NCBI GenBank assembly: GCA_026395795.1
Contig: JAPLYB010000040.1
Location: forward strand, 5,464 to 69,463
Direction: 5' to 3'
DNA from: Candidatus Pacearchaeota archaeon
Lineage (GTDB): Archaea; Nanobdellota; Nanobdellia; Pacearchaeales; UBA284
DNA length: 64,000 bases
Below, piece by piece: positions 19,501-29,272 of the stretch. The notes under the pieces are model-generated. The model had not been told where the DNA came from, did no database searches, and worked only from the letters and a program-made list of their open reading frames with translations. The position numbers and the translations under genes are program-made. The number at the start of each line of letters is the position of its first letter. Positions within the stretch are counted from its first letter, which is position 1.

Positions 19501-20618
19501 CCCATACAAACTTGTTGTCTGTAATCTGCACAAGGTTCAACATAATCCTTTCCATACAAACAATAGTGTCTCCAATCTCTCGAGCCCATAGGGGCGGTCC
19601 CATTCTCTATATTCCACCGTGTATCATAAACACACCATGCTTCTCCATTTTGTGCTGTTTCTTCATCAGTTTCGTCTGGTGGAAAAATAATCTCCCCCCC
19701 AACTTCCAGGTTTTTATAAGTTGTATTACAAACTCCAGTCTCACATTTATTCGTTGAAATATCACAAAAGCCACCACATCTTTGTGCTGGCTCTTCATCA
19801 ATATAAATATTATTGCAGGTATCTACAAAATACTTATCTGGAAATCCATCGATGCATTTTCCTTTTTCTCTTGGAAGTTTGGTACAATCACATTGAGGAA
19901 CATTGTCATAACACTTTTTATCTGCAAAAAAAGTTCCTAGCCTAGACTCTTTACATTCCTGTCTTGTTATATACTCACAACCAGCAAAGCTTTTACAACA
20001 TCCTAATCTTTCCTTTTCCATAATACTCAAACAATCAAGTTCATTTGTTGTGCCTTGATCCCACACACCACCTTTTAAAAAACAAGTGAAGTTGGTAGCC
20101 ATAAATGATTGCATTCCCTTTATGCAACAAGCCTTACCGCATAATGATATAGAAGTGCAAGTAGCGTCATTTGGAATAAAACTTCCTGTTGCGCATCCTT
20201 CTTGAAAAGTATTTTGTATGCATAATCCTTGAGTATTGATGCAACATCCTAAAGAACACGATTGATTTCTCTGCCAGCAAGGAGGACTAATTTGTCCAGG
20301 ATTCTCGCATTCAGTAACATTGCATTCGTCTAACATAGTTGGTTGATATCTTGCTCCTGTTTTTGTTGTTGGACAGCATCCAAAGTCGCTATCAGCAGAA
20401 ACACTTGGAATCAGATTAAAGGGATTAAAGAATGAAACAACATCTTTCAATGTAGAAGATATAAAGTCAACAGAACTATTCTGTTTTATCTCTCCATTAA
20501 TTATTTCTGGTTGTATTGCTGTAAAAACAACAGGCATTGTTACGACAAGCACAGTCATAAACATTGCGATAAATGCTTCTGACTTGCTTATTCCTGTTTT
20601 ATTCTTTCTAATATTCAT
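16560..20618 (-). CDS. giant (1352 aa) Cys-rich surface protein with N-terminal signal/TM, central Gly/Ala-rich multi-TM block and conserved C-terminal domain
   Basis: Very high Cys content, N-terminal hydrophobic segment, hydrophobic block around residues 590-830, C-terminus paralogous to 21510..24800 protein. Confidence 0.6.
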   Translation of the reverse strand: MNIRKNKTGISKSEAFIAMFMTVLVVTMPVVFTAIQPEIINGEIKQNSSVDFISSTLKDVVSFFNPFNLIPSVSADSDFGCCPTTKTGARYQPTMLDECNVTECENPGQISPPCWQRNQSCSLGCCINTQGLCIQNTFQEGCATGSFIPNDATCTSISLCGKACCIKGMQSFMATNFTCFLKGGVWDQGTTNELDCLSIMEKERLGCCKSFAGCEYITRQECKESRLGTFFADKKCYDNVPQCDCTKLPREKGKCIDGFPDKYFVDTCNNIYIDEEPAQRCGGFCDISTNKCETGVCNTTYKNLEVGGEIIFPPDETDEETAQNGEAWCVYDTRWNIENGTAPMGSRDWRHYCLYGKDYVEPCADYRQQVCMGNSDGSGQLGYSVCVDNSWASCSNISTKEDCNSNTFCYWWDEVRDYKDSKGNLFLNVTTSLSEINNWVVFGTTKEGMPIKPICLPRYPPGLDEGTNGFDNKEEICGNLGSYICQYKQSFWGADTFNSECLSDEFYTYMAHRCKSLGDCGTWFNYNKKNTSGFSVIEFDKKPDENSTNQTRGKKDLGLPEAYGKYLGYVESSWNEPSIKEATGWGKFGRYVGWFATTMGASFAGYLALTAVLAGATKLSHVGKILFSPAAVASTAGTTFQQGAVIGAGTALTVGSTIASGSLATGTQIISGTVKQGVVMFNNQLFEAAANNPLVIKQLATGGFEIAGGNVGSVGMQTAGIVTVNSPYAVVNEAVVGINAKVAGEGAATIATKATAVGMSKAAQLAGIVMGSLMVAAGIVMIILAFTGNRGPGFEQGSLIASGMSMIASGGYTIIMFAAGAAPVFWVVLGITVLVTAITALIYYASYDEKYYEVQCNPSLPPAGNEDCELCNNDANRPCSKYRCESLGQACMFVDSVNVSGTSYSVADGRCVAQQNTGKAPWITIVEARNVQNNEVVYLNSSLGTTPTTILIDMSNGTGKGIPDYTQLMIKINLSEDAVCKWDIQLTANFSDMDFPYESTVLRKELRQQFPIHQSIPYVYVRCANAYGNTNIAAYTFIFNVTAGPDLTPPVVTATDREYYNKFAFNVTQVPLTIYVNENSSCRWAKEDQEYGIMNNVTQCQSNLTLGGWKCQTNLTELISEPSGIVNPIYIRCNDTAGNEMQQSYLLKLFASPELKISSINPENGTQISGCNVSATVPLMVSTSDGSDSGNATCYWSTKGFNEGMKKFSITYANTHSTNAVIEDIPVRGTVTIYIKCVDTAFNNALAQINLDVYEDHDTPEIIRLYKEGNDLVLKTNEEAICSYHYSFGKKINTCIFAANKTLESEKFETTGSFEHRTSWDDKPWYVKCYDTCGNGVGKETDCTVIIPKGLD

Positions 20619-20636
20619 TTTTAATTTTTTTAAGTT

Positions 20637-21416
20637 TTACATTATTCCTGGAGGTATCACCCCTCCTCTAACAGCAAACACAAAAACATGTGATGGATTT
20701 TCTCTTTCTTTCAAAGTAAATATCTTTGTGTCATCACTCGTCCTAAACTTCTCAATATCAACCCAATAATGTCCTAACATATAAGACAATGGATCAAAAT
20801 CTTTTTTATTAAGTTCTTCATCAATAATTTCCTGGCTCAACATCACAAAATCATAAAGCGGCCAGTCCAAAGCAGAATTAACTTTTTCAAAAGTTTTCTT
20901 TTCTTCACCTTTTACCATCGTTATCTTACAATCAATAGGAATAGAGATTTTTCCTTGAATCAGCTCAACAGAAAAATTAGATGCGTCACAGGAGTTTATA
21001 TCATATCCTTTATTTCTTGCATTTTCAACAAAACCATGGACACATCTTGTGACAGTATTCGTTCTTTGTAATTCTCCTTTTATAACACTCTCTATCTTCT
21101 CTTTCAACATTGGTTCTTGATTAACACAAGCTGCATAATACTGAGAAGTATAACAAAGATATCTTCTGCACACACCCTGATAAAAAATACAATTGCTTTG
21201 TTCAAGATAACCGCTTTGATTAGATATCTTTTCAACAAAAGGTTCTAGAACATCTTTTACACAACTGGAAACATAAGCGTCTGGAATAAGTGAATCAACA
21301 GCAGAAATATTTTGGTTTGTCAATTTTGGAATAAAGATTATAGCCAAAATAACAATCGCAATTACTGCAATTGCAATAATAATAAATAAAGTCGCCTGAC
21401 CTCTTTTGCTTCGCAT
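20637..21416 (-). CDS. type IV pilin-like protein (class III signal peptide, KRG|QATLF)
   Basis: MRSKRGQATLFIIIAIAVIAIV: positively charged N-terminus, G-Q cleavage motif, hydrophobic stretch; paralog of 24802..25602 and 46141..46890. Confidence 0.55.
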   Translation of the reverse strand: MRSKRGQATLFIIIAIAVIAIVILAIIFIPKLTNQNISAVDSLIPDAYVSSCVKDVLEPFVEKISNQSGYLEQSNCIFYQGVCRRYLCYTSQYYAACVNQEPMLKEKIESVIKGELQRTNTVTRCVHGFVENARNKGYDINSCDASNFSVELIQGKISIPIDCKITMVKGEEKKTFEKVNSALDWPLYDFVMLSQEIIDEELNKKDFDPLSYMLGHYWVDIEKFRTSDDTKIFTLKERENPSHVFVFAVRGGVIPPGIM

Positions 21417-21509
21417 AATAATCCATGTTTTTCGGCTTTTTAAATTTTATAGTTTAAAAGGCATATTATCATAAAACTATCAAAATAAAAATCAGCTAAG
21501 AGTCTATAT

Positions 21510-24500
21510 TTAACCAAGGTTTTGTGGAACAATAACTGTACAATCGTCATCAGGAGCTGCTCCATTTCCACAAGTATCATAACACTTAACATACCATGGC
21601 TTGTCTCTCCATGAAGTTACATGTTCTAATCCATCTGACGTTCCAAAAGGTTCTGCTCTGCGAATATCAGTAGCATTGAATTTGCATGAGTTTGTATTCT
21701 TATTAAAAGAACATAATGCATTACCATTTGTTTTAATAACAAGTTCACCGCCCTGTTGATAGAATCTGATTATTTCTGGGGCAGAATTATCCTCTTTTAC
21801 ATTGAATGCGGTGCTATTCCACACTTTGCTGCCTGTTGAATCTTCGCATGAGACATTGACATGATTTTCTCCAACAGAAACTTGAACTTTAGTTAAGTGT
21901 GTATTCGAGCCTGTTTCATCAAATTCTTTCCATCTAGTGCTTAAATCACTCTTCCAATAACATGTAGCAGCCCCTTCGTCACTTCCCCCGCTTGTTGTAA
22001 CATTGACTGTTATGTTATCATTCACATTGTCTGCACAAGCTTCGATTGTCAACCCGCTTACAGGTTCAACAGAATCTATGAGCAAGGTTGAAGGATAAAA
22101 TATTATAACATAAGACACAGGATTCACATTCCCAGCACTATCATTGCATTTTAGATAGAATATATTGGCCATCTCTCCTTTCAATGTCAAGTTTGTATAA
22201 CCATAATACAAAACTTCATCTGGTCCGCCAGTGGTTTCATTAACAATAAATTCATTAGTCATGGATTCATAAGGCAGATCACCAGGAGCAGACCATCTGC
22301 ATGTTGCATTTTCATCTAAGTAAACATAGAATGTCAAATTGCTTTCTCCGATTCCCATTGATAAATAGGACGCATTATCAGGAGAGGTCGCATTTAAGAA
22401 AGGAGGGAATCTATTGCTTCCCATTTCGAATTTCTTGATAGTAAAACGAATTTCTTGATCTGGTTGCATTCGATTAGTAGGTATAGCCTTATCTTGACAA
22501 GAATAAGTCAGAACTTCGTGAACATCATTCTCTATTGGAGCGTAACTTAATGTTTTTATGTGTTCTTTTGTGTATCGATTATCTGCCAACCAATATTGAG
22601 GATCAGTTAAATCAGGAGATGTTCCATCATCTGTGTAAGCGCATTGTGCGTCTTCACTCATTGTTAGATTTATTACAATTCTTTCAAAGTTTTCTACATC
22701 TACTCCATCTTCACAAGGAAGGTCTCTAATCCTTACATTCCCTTGTCCATCAATGATATCTTTAGTACATTCAATAACATATGGTGGAATTGGATCATTA
22801 ACAGTTCCATAGGTGCATTCAGCGATCTCGTCAAATACACAACCCTGCCCAAGTGCTTCACATCTAGGTTGGTTACATGGTCTAAAAGGATCTTCATTAC
22901 ATAAATGACAATCTGCTCCTCCCGCTGGTCTAACCCAAGAATCACAATAGAATGAATATAAAGAAACCCTGGCTGCTGTGCCTGCATTAGGGTCATGTGC
23001 ATTAATATATGGACTATTGAGCTCTGGATCATTAAAAAATTCAACACCAATCAACTTCCCAGGAAATCCAGAACCAGCTGTTTCTCTTTGATCTTTTTTT
23101 AATCTTGCACCAACAGAGCTTCTTGTCCCAGCCCAAGTATCATAAGCACCGCAACTTCCAAGTTGTCTGCATCTTTTAGCCATTGCAGTGCTCCATATAG
23201 CCTCTCTATCTAATGAATTTATACAACCTGGATTATTTGCACTTCCTTTAGAATTATCTGCTGGTTCGCACCCTGTATCTGAATTAGAGGTTATATGGGA
23301 GTTTCCTTCAAAGAATATTGAGGATATAGAATCTGGATCAGAATTCAATCCCCAAATAAGCGGGGCTTCAGCACCAAAACGATAACTATAAGTTAATTCA
23401 CTTTCCACACTTGAAGTCCACATGGAACCACCAAGATAGCATCGTGAGTGTTCTCCTTCAAGACAATGCCAAGCATCCCAACCCCATCCTGTTTCAGAAT
23501 AAGTAGCTAATCGGTCCTTTACAGCACTTCCATATTCAATTGTTCCAACAGAACAGTCTTGACCCGATCCATCTTCAGAATTCAAGGGAAATCTAGGCAA
23601 ACAAACATTGTTCGCGAATCCCCTTATATCTGTAAGCCAATTCCATTCAGCATTTTTATCATAAGAAGGATATAAAAAATCTTTTTCTGCTTGTAAAACT
23701 CTAAACTCAGTAAAGTTGTCAATCCACATGCAAAGAGGATTTGTAGTACAACTTAGTTTGTCAGTTAGTTTAGTGCAGTCTTCTGTAATAATATTGGGTA
23801 TTTCTGTAGCTCTCTTCCCATCCATCACACACATCGTGCTTCCATCTGATTTTAAAGGGAATATTTCAACAATATTATTTGGCCCACAAACATAAGAGAA
23901 ATCACTCCATCCAACTCCTGGTTTTTCTTCTTCATAAAGGACTTTAGAGATATTATAATCATATCCACACCAGGAGTCACTAAGGTTATATTGAATTTGT
24001 TTTCCACTATTTCTGCTATCATCATACAAACAACTAGCAAATTTGCAAGATGCATCATTCCCTTTCTGGCTGCAAGCATAACCATCACTGCATTGCATGT
24101 ACTCATCTTCTTGATTTCCGCAAGAATCAAACCAATAAACCTTGCTGGAATTATCTCCGCATCCTTTTCTAAAATGCTCTGAACATTTTGATGAACATCC
24201 GCCTTCTGTCACATTCGAACAAAATTTGCCCAAATGGAATTGTCCATCGTTGCTATTACAAGATTCTCTTGTTGTGTATGAACATTTGTCTTCACGATCA
24301 ATTACACAGCATCCTTTCTCACCCGAATTAAAAAAATCTTGACAAACATCTGGATCACTTGTATAAAATATTTCTGGGATAAATCCGTGCGATTCTGCTC
24401 CTTTTTCACATCCAATCTTAGAAGTTATATCCCATCCGTTATTCAATCCAGGATAAATACAACAAACCTTTTGACAGTTGGTTGCAGTGCACATTGCATC

Positions 24501-24800
24501 ATTTAAAAATTCTCCATTGCATAATTTCTTGGGAGTATTATAAGAACATCCATCATCTGTTACGCAGCATCCCTTTTTACAATTAGCAATATTATCACAA
24601 GAAGTTGGACTGAATGGCCCTGGAACACACGCACTCTCTAAACTCTCGATACAGATAGCTCCACTAAGGTTCTCACAACACCCATACGGTGTCGCGCTGC
24701 TGCGCGACCCAGAGAGCAAAAATGAAAAGATAAAAAGTAATGATACTGCAAATATCAATTTTCCTAAACTCTTTTTTTTGTTTGATAAGTTGGATTTCAT
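21510..24800 (-). CDS. giant (~1096 aa) Cys-rich secreted surface protein, paralogous C-terminal half to 16560..20618
   Basis: Signal peptide after MKSNLSNKKK; shared blocks CHLCNEDPFRPC, RCEALGQGC, PEIIRFYQQGGELVIKTN, DKPWYVKCYDTCGNG with the 1352-aa protein; start placed at 24800 (3 nt after pilin-like stop) rather than track start 24857. Confidence 0.6.
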   Translation of the reverse strand: MKSNLSNKKKSLGKLIFAVSLLFIFSFLLSGSRSSATPYGCCENLSGAICIESLESACVPGPFSPTSCDNIANCKKGCCVTDDGCSYNTPKKLCNGEFLNDAMCTATNCQKVCCIYPGLNNGWDITSKIGCEKGAESHGFIPEIFYTSDPDVCQDFFNSGEKGCCVIDREDKCSYTTRESCNSNDGQFHLGKFCSNVTEGGCSSKCSEHFRKGCGDNSSKVYWFDSCGNQEDEYMQCSDGYACSQKGNDASCKFASCLYDDSRNSGKQIQYNLSDSWCGYDYNISKVLYEEEKPGVGWSDFSYVCGPNNIVEIFPLKSDGSTMCVMDGKRATEIPNIITEDCTKLTDKLSCTTNPLCMWIDNFTEFRVLQAEKDFLYPSYDKNAEWNWLTDIRGFANNVCLPRFPLNSEDGSGQDCSVGTIEYGSAVKDRLATYSETGWGWDAWHCLEGEHSRCYLGGSMWTSSVESELTYSYRFGAEAPLIWGLNSDPDSISSIFFEGNSHITSNSDTGCEPADNSKGSANNPGCINSLDREAIWSTAMAKRCRQLGSCGAYDTWAGTRSSVGARLKKDQRETAGSGFPGKLIGVEFFNDPELNSPYINAHDPNAGTAARVSLYSFYCDSWVRPAGGADCHLCNEDPFRPCNQPRCEALGQGCVFDEIAECTYGTVNDPIPPYVIECTKDIIDGQGNVRIRDLPCEDGVDVENFERIVINLTMSEDAQCAYTDDGTSPDLTDPQYWLADNRYTKEHIKTLSYAPIENDVHEVLTYSCQDKAIPTNRMQPDQEIRFTIKKFEMGSNRFPPFLNATSPDNASYLSMGIGESNLTFYVYLDENATCRWSAPGDLPYESMTNEFIVNETTGGPDEVLYYGYTNLTLKGEMANIFYLKCNDSAGNVNPVSYVIIFYPSTLLIDSVEPVSGLTIEACADNVNDNITVNVTTSGGSDEGAATCYWKSDLSTRWKEFDETGSNTHLTKVQVSVGENHVNVSCEDSTGSKVWNSTAFNVKEDNSAPEIIRFYQQGGELVIKTNGNALCSFNKNTNSCKFNATDIRRAEPFGTSDGLEHVTSWRDKPWYVKCYDTCGNGAAPDDDCTVIVPQNLG

Positions 24801-24801
24801 T

Positions 24802-25602
24802 TTAAACATATTTTGGATTTTTAATAGCAAATAAAAATTCGTTATCACTTGGATCATTGATATAAGTTATATTGTACACTCTGATTCCTAAAGTTGGTGT
24901 TCGAGAATTTAGTAAGATATCATCATGAGTACTCGCGTACTGTATTGCAAAATTAACTCCGTTTCCAACAATTTCTTCGTTCACCACGTCTTTAGCGAGC
25001 ATAACCTGTCCATAAAGGTTAGAATCAATTGAAATATCAAAGTCGTTAAAATTTAAGTTTTCATCTTCTTTAGTAACAATCTTTATTGGACAAGTAATAT
25101 CAATTGTAACACTTTCTGGCTTAAGCGCAACACCCAACAACAACGTTCCGCATGTAGTAACAATATCTCCTTTGTTTTCAGTTTGTAATTTAAAAGAATT
25201 AATACAAGACCTTGTAATGGAATCAACCTTGACCAACAATTGATTTTCAATGTCTTCTTTTAACATTGGTTTCTGATTAACACAATCATCGGTTTCATTT
25301 TCGCTGTAACAAAGAAATTGAAGATTATTCCCATACCATGTGTAATAAGGCGATGGGTCAAGATATCCCCCTTGTTTAGAAAGTTTACTTAAAATAGGCA
25401 ATACCTCGTCTGTGACACAACTAGAAATATAAGCCCCTGGATTTAATGTAGACGTTTGTGGAGTTGTTGGTCTGCTTATTCTTGGAACGAGAAAGATGGC
25501 AAGAAGCACAACAGCAACTATAACTATTCCAATAATAATAAACAGGGTTACTTGTCCTTTCTTATTGCCTCTTTTGTACATTTTAATTGAAAGATACTTC
25601 AT
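24802..25602 (-). CDS. type IV pilin-like protein (class III signal peptide, KKG|QVTLF)
   Basis: MKYLSIKMYKRGNKKGQVTLFIIIGIVIV; internal starts at 25602 or 25581 preferred over track start 25701, which overlaps the divergent gene. Confidence 0.5.
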   Translation of the reverse strand: MKYLSIKMYKRGNKKGQVTLFIIIGIVIVAVVLLAIFLVPRISRPTTPQTSTLNPGAYISSCVTDEVLPILSKLSKQGGYLDPSPYYTWYGNNLQFLCYSENETDDCVNQKPMLKEDIENQLLVKVDSITRSCINSFKLQTENKGDIVTTCGTLLLGVALKPESVTIDITCPIKIVTKEDENLNFNDFDISIDSNLYGQVMLAKDVVNEEIVGNGVNFAIQYASTHDDILLNSRTPTLGIRVYNITYINDPSDNEFLFAIKNPKYV

Positions 25603-25699
25603 ATAATCTATAATTTTGGTATTTAAAAAAGTTATTGAACACAGATTTTGAGGATAAGTTCTCAAAAAGATTTTTAAATACATCTTACATAAAGAAAAC

Positions 25700-28132
25700 A
25701 TGGAAAAGAGGATCCAGAAATTAAGATTGACCTTTCTAATAACGGTTTTTACTATATTTACTATTGTATTACTATTTAATGATGTGATAGCAGTAGAACA
25801 ATCTCAACTAGATAGATCATATAACTTTTTAAAAAATAGGTGCGTGGGAAAATGGGCTAGTATTGGTCTAGACGCCCACATATTTTGTTTAGAAGCATTA
25901 GAAGAAAAATTAACCTCAAGACAGGTAAATGCCTCAGTATTTAACTTAAATGCTAAAAGTTATAACAGCACCTGTTGGCCAGGTCCGTCAGAAGGTGTTT
26001 GCAATGTTTTAGAAACAGCAAGAGCCAAGATGGTATTGTATGAAACAGGATATGCAGATAACATGGATTCTATTGATGAATGGATCATTAATCATACATC
26101 AGCCTACAATGGTGTTGATTGGCGTTTACAAATTTCTTCTTCAACAAACGCAGTGAACTGTTTGATTAGGTATGACAGCATGGAAGGTGAATCAGAAGGG
26201 GAGTTTATGATTAATTCCCAAGGGATAATCGAAAGTATGACCGATAATATGAAAAGTTGTTTTTATAACATAACATTAACTCCATACTGGTTAGGATTAA
26301 AAAATATTTCTAGTTGTTTAAACCAAACATTTGAATTAAGTTGTGATGAAGACGTAAACGCAAATTTCTTTTTCATGAAAGGATCAAAATATTATATTAC
26401 AAGTGATTTGATTATTCCATACAAAATAGGAGATCCATTTAACATGACTCTTTCTAGTAGATGCGCTGGGAAAGATGGGCAGTGTAATTATGAATCTACT
26501 CTATGGGCAGCGTATTCATTCTATAGAACAAATCAACAAGAGAAAGCTAAATCCTTTATTCCATACTTAGTTATGCTAGAAGAAGAAAATCAAGCATTAA
26601 TGCCTTCTGCATTTCTTTATGCAATAACACAACAAGAAAATTATGCAGAAGATATCTCTGCTTTACAAGATAGTACGGGATTGATAATTGTTCCAGGTTC
26701 AACACATTGCAAGTATTACAACAACGGGCTTTCTAGAATAACCGGGGCTGCAAAAGAACCAGGCACGAACACAACAAAGATGGAAAATAGATTATTCTCA
26801 AATCTAGAACAAAAAACAGAAGGAAGTTATCGTTACTGGTCCTGCACTTCAGAACCGAATGACCAGATAGAAGATACCTCATTAATTCTTCTAGGAACAT
26901 CCTCCTCTTCTCAACAACCACCAACAGACCCTTGCCTTTCAGCAGGTTTAGGTTTTAGTTGTGTAGCAAATTGTACTACCGCTGGAGGTTCTCGCATAAT
27001 GTTCTGTAATGATGGTAGTGAGTGTTGCAATTTAACAACAAGCAATTATGAGTGTACTTCAAGATCTGGAAGTTGCAAACCAACATGTTATTCAAATGAG
27101 ACTCAAACATCTTACAATTGTGAAGCAGGAACAATTTGTTGTAAACAGATAGGAATTTCTCTTTGTGTTTCAGAAATTCATGGACAGATTTGTTCATCTA
27201 GTTCAGATTGCATAAACAATTTAACAGGAGCAATTATCCCATTCATTACATCAGCAGATAGTGCTTATTGCTGTAAAGGCAACTGTTCTTCTGGGAATGG
27301 ACAAAGACAATCCTGCGCTTCTCTTTATGGAACAATCTGTAATCCATCAACAAGTTCATGTCAAGACAATTGGCTTTCAGCAATTGAACCAAATTGTTGC
27401 CGTTTAGGTTTCTGTGTTGCAGGACAATTGACCTGTGCACAACAAGGAGGCACAAGATGTGCTTCTGGAGAAGGATGTAAAGATGGCACATTAGTAATAG
27501 CTTCTGATACAAACAATCAAGCAACATGTTGTATTCAAGGAGGAAGATGTATTTCTCAATCATGTACAGGCGCATCTTGTGAAGAAGGAGAAGCATGTTA
27601 TGGTGGAACAATGAAAGAAACATTAGATGTCATAAGATGCTGTGAAGGAGGAAACTGCTTAAAAACATGTAATGGTTATGGTGGAAATCCTTGTGGTTCA
27701 GACCTTGTTTGCAAAGGAACAAAGAAACCATCAAGTGATTTTGCAAACTGCTGTGTTGGAACTTGTGAAAAGAAAACCTTCCCATGGTTGATTGTAATAA
27801 TTATCGCAGCAGTTGTACTTGGAATACTAGCATTCTTCTTATTAAGAAAAAAAGGTGGAAAAGAGAAAAAAGAAAGTGATTCAGAATTAATGTATGGCTT
27901 CCCGCCAGCATCCAGCCCATCACCTTCAGCTATTCCCGCATCATACTCTCAGCCATCACTTCCTAAACAACGAGCTCCAGCATCTCCATCTGTTCCAATG
28001 GCGCCAAGAGCAATGTCAAGATCTCAACCTTCTCAATCTTCAGCTAAGAAAAGACCAACAAAAGCAAAGACATCTCGAGAGAATGATCTCGACGATACAT
28101 TAGAAAAACTCAAAAAGATGAGCGGTCAATAA
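25700..28132 (+). CDS. type I membrane-anchored surface protein with seven CC-doublet Cys repeats, C-terminal TM and Pro/Ser-rich cytoplasmic tail
   Basis: N-terminal TM, repeated ~35-aa modules each with a CC doublet (ECCNLT, ICCKQ, YCCKGNC, NCCRLGFC, TCCIQGG, RCCEGGNC, NCCVGTC), TM PWLIVIIIAAVVLGILAFFLL then KKGGKEKK and PSPS-rich tail. Confidence 0.5.
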   Translation: MEKRIQKLRLTFLITVFTIFTIVLLFNDVIAVEQSQLDRSYNFLKNRCVGKWASIGLDAHIFCLEALEEKLTSRQVNASVFNLNAKSYNSTCWPGPSEGVCNVLETARAKMVLYETGYADNMDSIDEWIINHTSAYNGVDWRLQISSSTNAVNCLIRYDSMEGESEGEFMINSQGIIESMTDNMKSCFYNITLTPYWLGLKNISSCLNQTFELSCDEDVNANFFFMKGSKYYITSDLIIPYKIGDPFNMTLSSRCAGKDGQCNYESTLWAAYSFYRTNQQEKAKSFIPYLVMLEEENQALMPSAFLYAITQQENYAEDISALQDSTGLIIVPGSTHCKYYNNGLSRITGAAKEPGTNTTKMENRLFSNLEQKTEGSYRYWSCTSEPNDQIEDTSLILLGTSSSSQQPPTDPCLSAGLGFSCVANCTTAGGSRIMFCNDGSECCNLTTSNYECTSRSGSCKPTCYSNETQTSYNCEAGTICCKQIGISLCVSEIHGQICSSSSDCINNLTGAIIPFITSADSAYCCKGNCSSGNGQRQSCASLYGTICNPSTSSCQDNWLSAIEPNCCRLGFCVAGQLTCAQQGGTRCASGEGCKDGTLVIASDTNNQATCCIQGGRCISQSCTGASCEEGEACYGGTMKETLDVIRCCEGGNCLKTCNGYGGNPCGSDLVCKGTKKPSSDFANCCVGTCEKKTFPWLIVIIIAAVVLGILAFFLLRKKGGKEKKESDSELMYGFPPASSPSPSAIPASYSQPSLPKQRAPASPSVPMAPRAMSRSQPSQSSAKKRPTKAKTSRENDLDDTLEKLKKMSGQ

Positions 28133-28219
28133 AGAATTCTGAAAATTATAAAATTAGAGGATTGTTCATACCCAAGAGGTGTATTAAATTTTTAATGGGG
28201 GCTGTTTTATATTAATATA

Positions 28220-28657
28220 TCACTTAATTTCGCATATCTTTCTTAATTTAGAATACATCACATTCAAAAAATTTAAGACTTTTTTTGCGTATTCTTCTGT
28301 AAGCATCGTTCCATAATATTTTATTCCATTCCTATAATATCTTACCTCATCTAGAAAGCGTATTTCAAATTCAGAAAACCCTAAATTTTCTAGATAGGAA
28401 ACTTCTGCTTCATGTGAATTCCCTGCATTGTAACCATCTAAAAACATTTTTGCCCTTATAAGTTCAAGAATAACGTCATAGCAAGAATCAACAACAAAAT
28501 TTGAGCTCATTTTTTCTTGAGTAATTGTTTTGAGTGTGACCTCCAAAAATTCTTTCTTTTTATCAGCTTCTTTTACCAAACTTTTTGCCCTTGCCTTATT
28601 GGGCATTTGTTTTTTTACAATTCCATCTTTTAGTAATTCATCAAAATTTTTTATCAT
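28220..28657 (-). CDS. HEPN-domain protein (toxin partner of upstream MNT)
   Basis: 145 aa helical ORF overlapping the 3' end of the MNT gene by 4 nt; HEPN-like composition. Confidence 0.45.
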   Translation of the reverse strand: MIKNFDELLKDGIVKKQMPNKARAKSLVKEADKKKEFLEVTLKTITQEKMSSNFVVDSCYDVILELIRAKMFLDGYNAGNSHEAEVSYLENLGFSEFEIRFLDEVRYYRNGIKYYGTMLTEEYAKKVLNFLNVMYSKLRKICEIK

Positions 28658-29202
28658 AGTTCAATTGCTCCTTTAAGTGTGATTCCACTTAAAATATTCT
28701 CCTTTAAATTCTTTATGATGGTTTTGAACGAATCATAATAATTTAAAATAATCTCTCTTCCTAATAACTCCTCAAAATTTTTTAGATTAACCTTTTTTTC
28801 TTTTGCACCAATAATGGCTATATCTACATCAGAGTTTATAGTATCTTCTCCAAAAGCATAAGATCCAAATAAGATTATGGTTGCGGAATGAAAATTATCA
28901 TAAAAAAATTGCACGAGTCCTGATTCATATATCTGTTTAAAATTGTCTGCTCTTTTTAACCAAATTATACGCTGACTATCTCTGTTTAATTCTATTAGCC
29001 ATCTCTTAGACTCTTTATCTTTTTTTATTTTTAAGAAATTCTCTTTTTCAAGTAAAGGTAATGCCTTTGCTACTGCTGGTGGCGACACTTTCAAAGCCCG
29101 AGCTATGTCTCTAGCATTTAGAGATTTTCCCGCTTTAATGAAAAACAATCTCAAAATCTGTTGTTGAAGGATTGTTAACTTAGGTTTATATGTGTAAATC
29201 AT
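28654..29202 (-). CDS. minimal nucleotidyltransferase (MNT) with N-terminal HTH
   Basis: GSYAFGEDTINSDVDIAII nucleotidyltransferase motif (GS...D.D); N-terminal ARDIARALKVSPPAVAKAL HTH. Confidence 0.65.
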   Translation of the reverse strand: MIYTYKPKLTILQQQILRLFFIKAGKSLNARDIARALKVSPPAVAKALPLLEKENFLKIKKDKESKRWLIELNRDSQRIIWLKRADNFKQIYESGLVQFFYDNFHSATIILFGSYAFGEDTINSDVDIAIIGAKEKKVNLKNFEELLGREIILNYYDSFKTIIKNLKENILSGITLKGAIEL

Positions 29203-29272
29203 AATTTATACATATAAACTTTAGTTTATAAATCTTTTGTATTTCTTCTTATTCCCTTTCTTAAATTCGGAT

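Noticed and set aside
25603-25701. Longest start for pilin-like ORF 24802..25701
   Set aside because: Its start codon would overlap the divergent 25700 gene start (CATG) and leave no promoter. It would also put 40+ residues ahead of the class III signal; internal Met at 25602/25581 is preferred.
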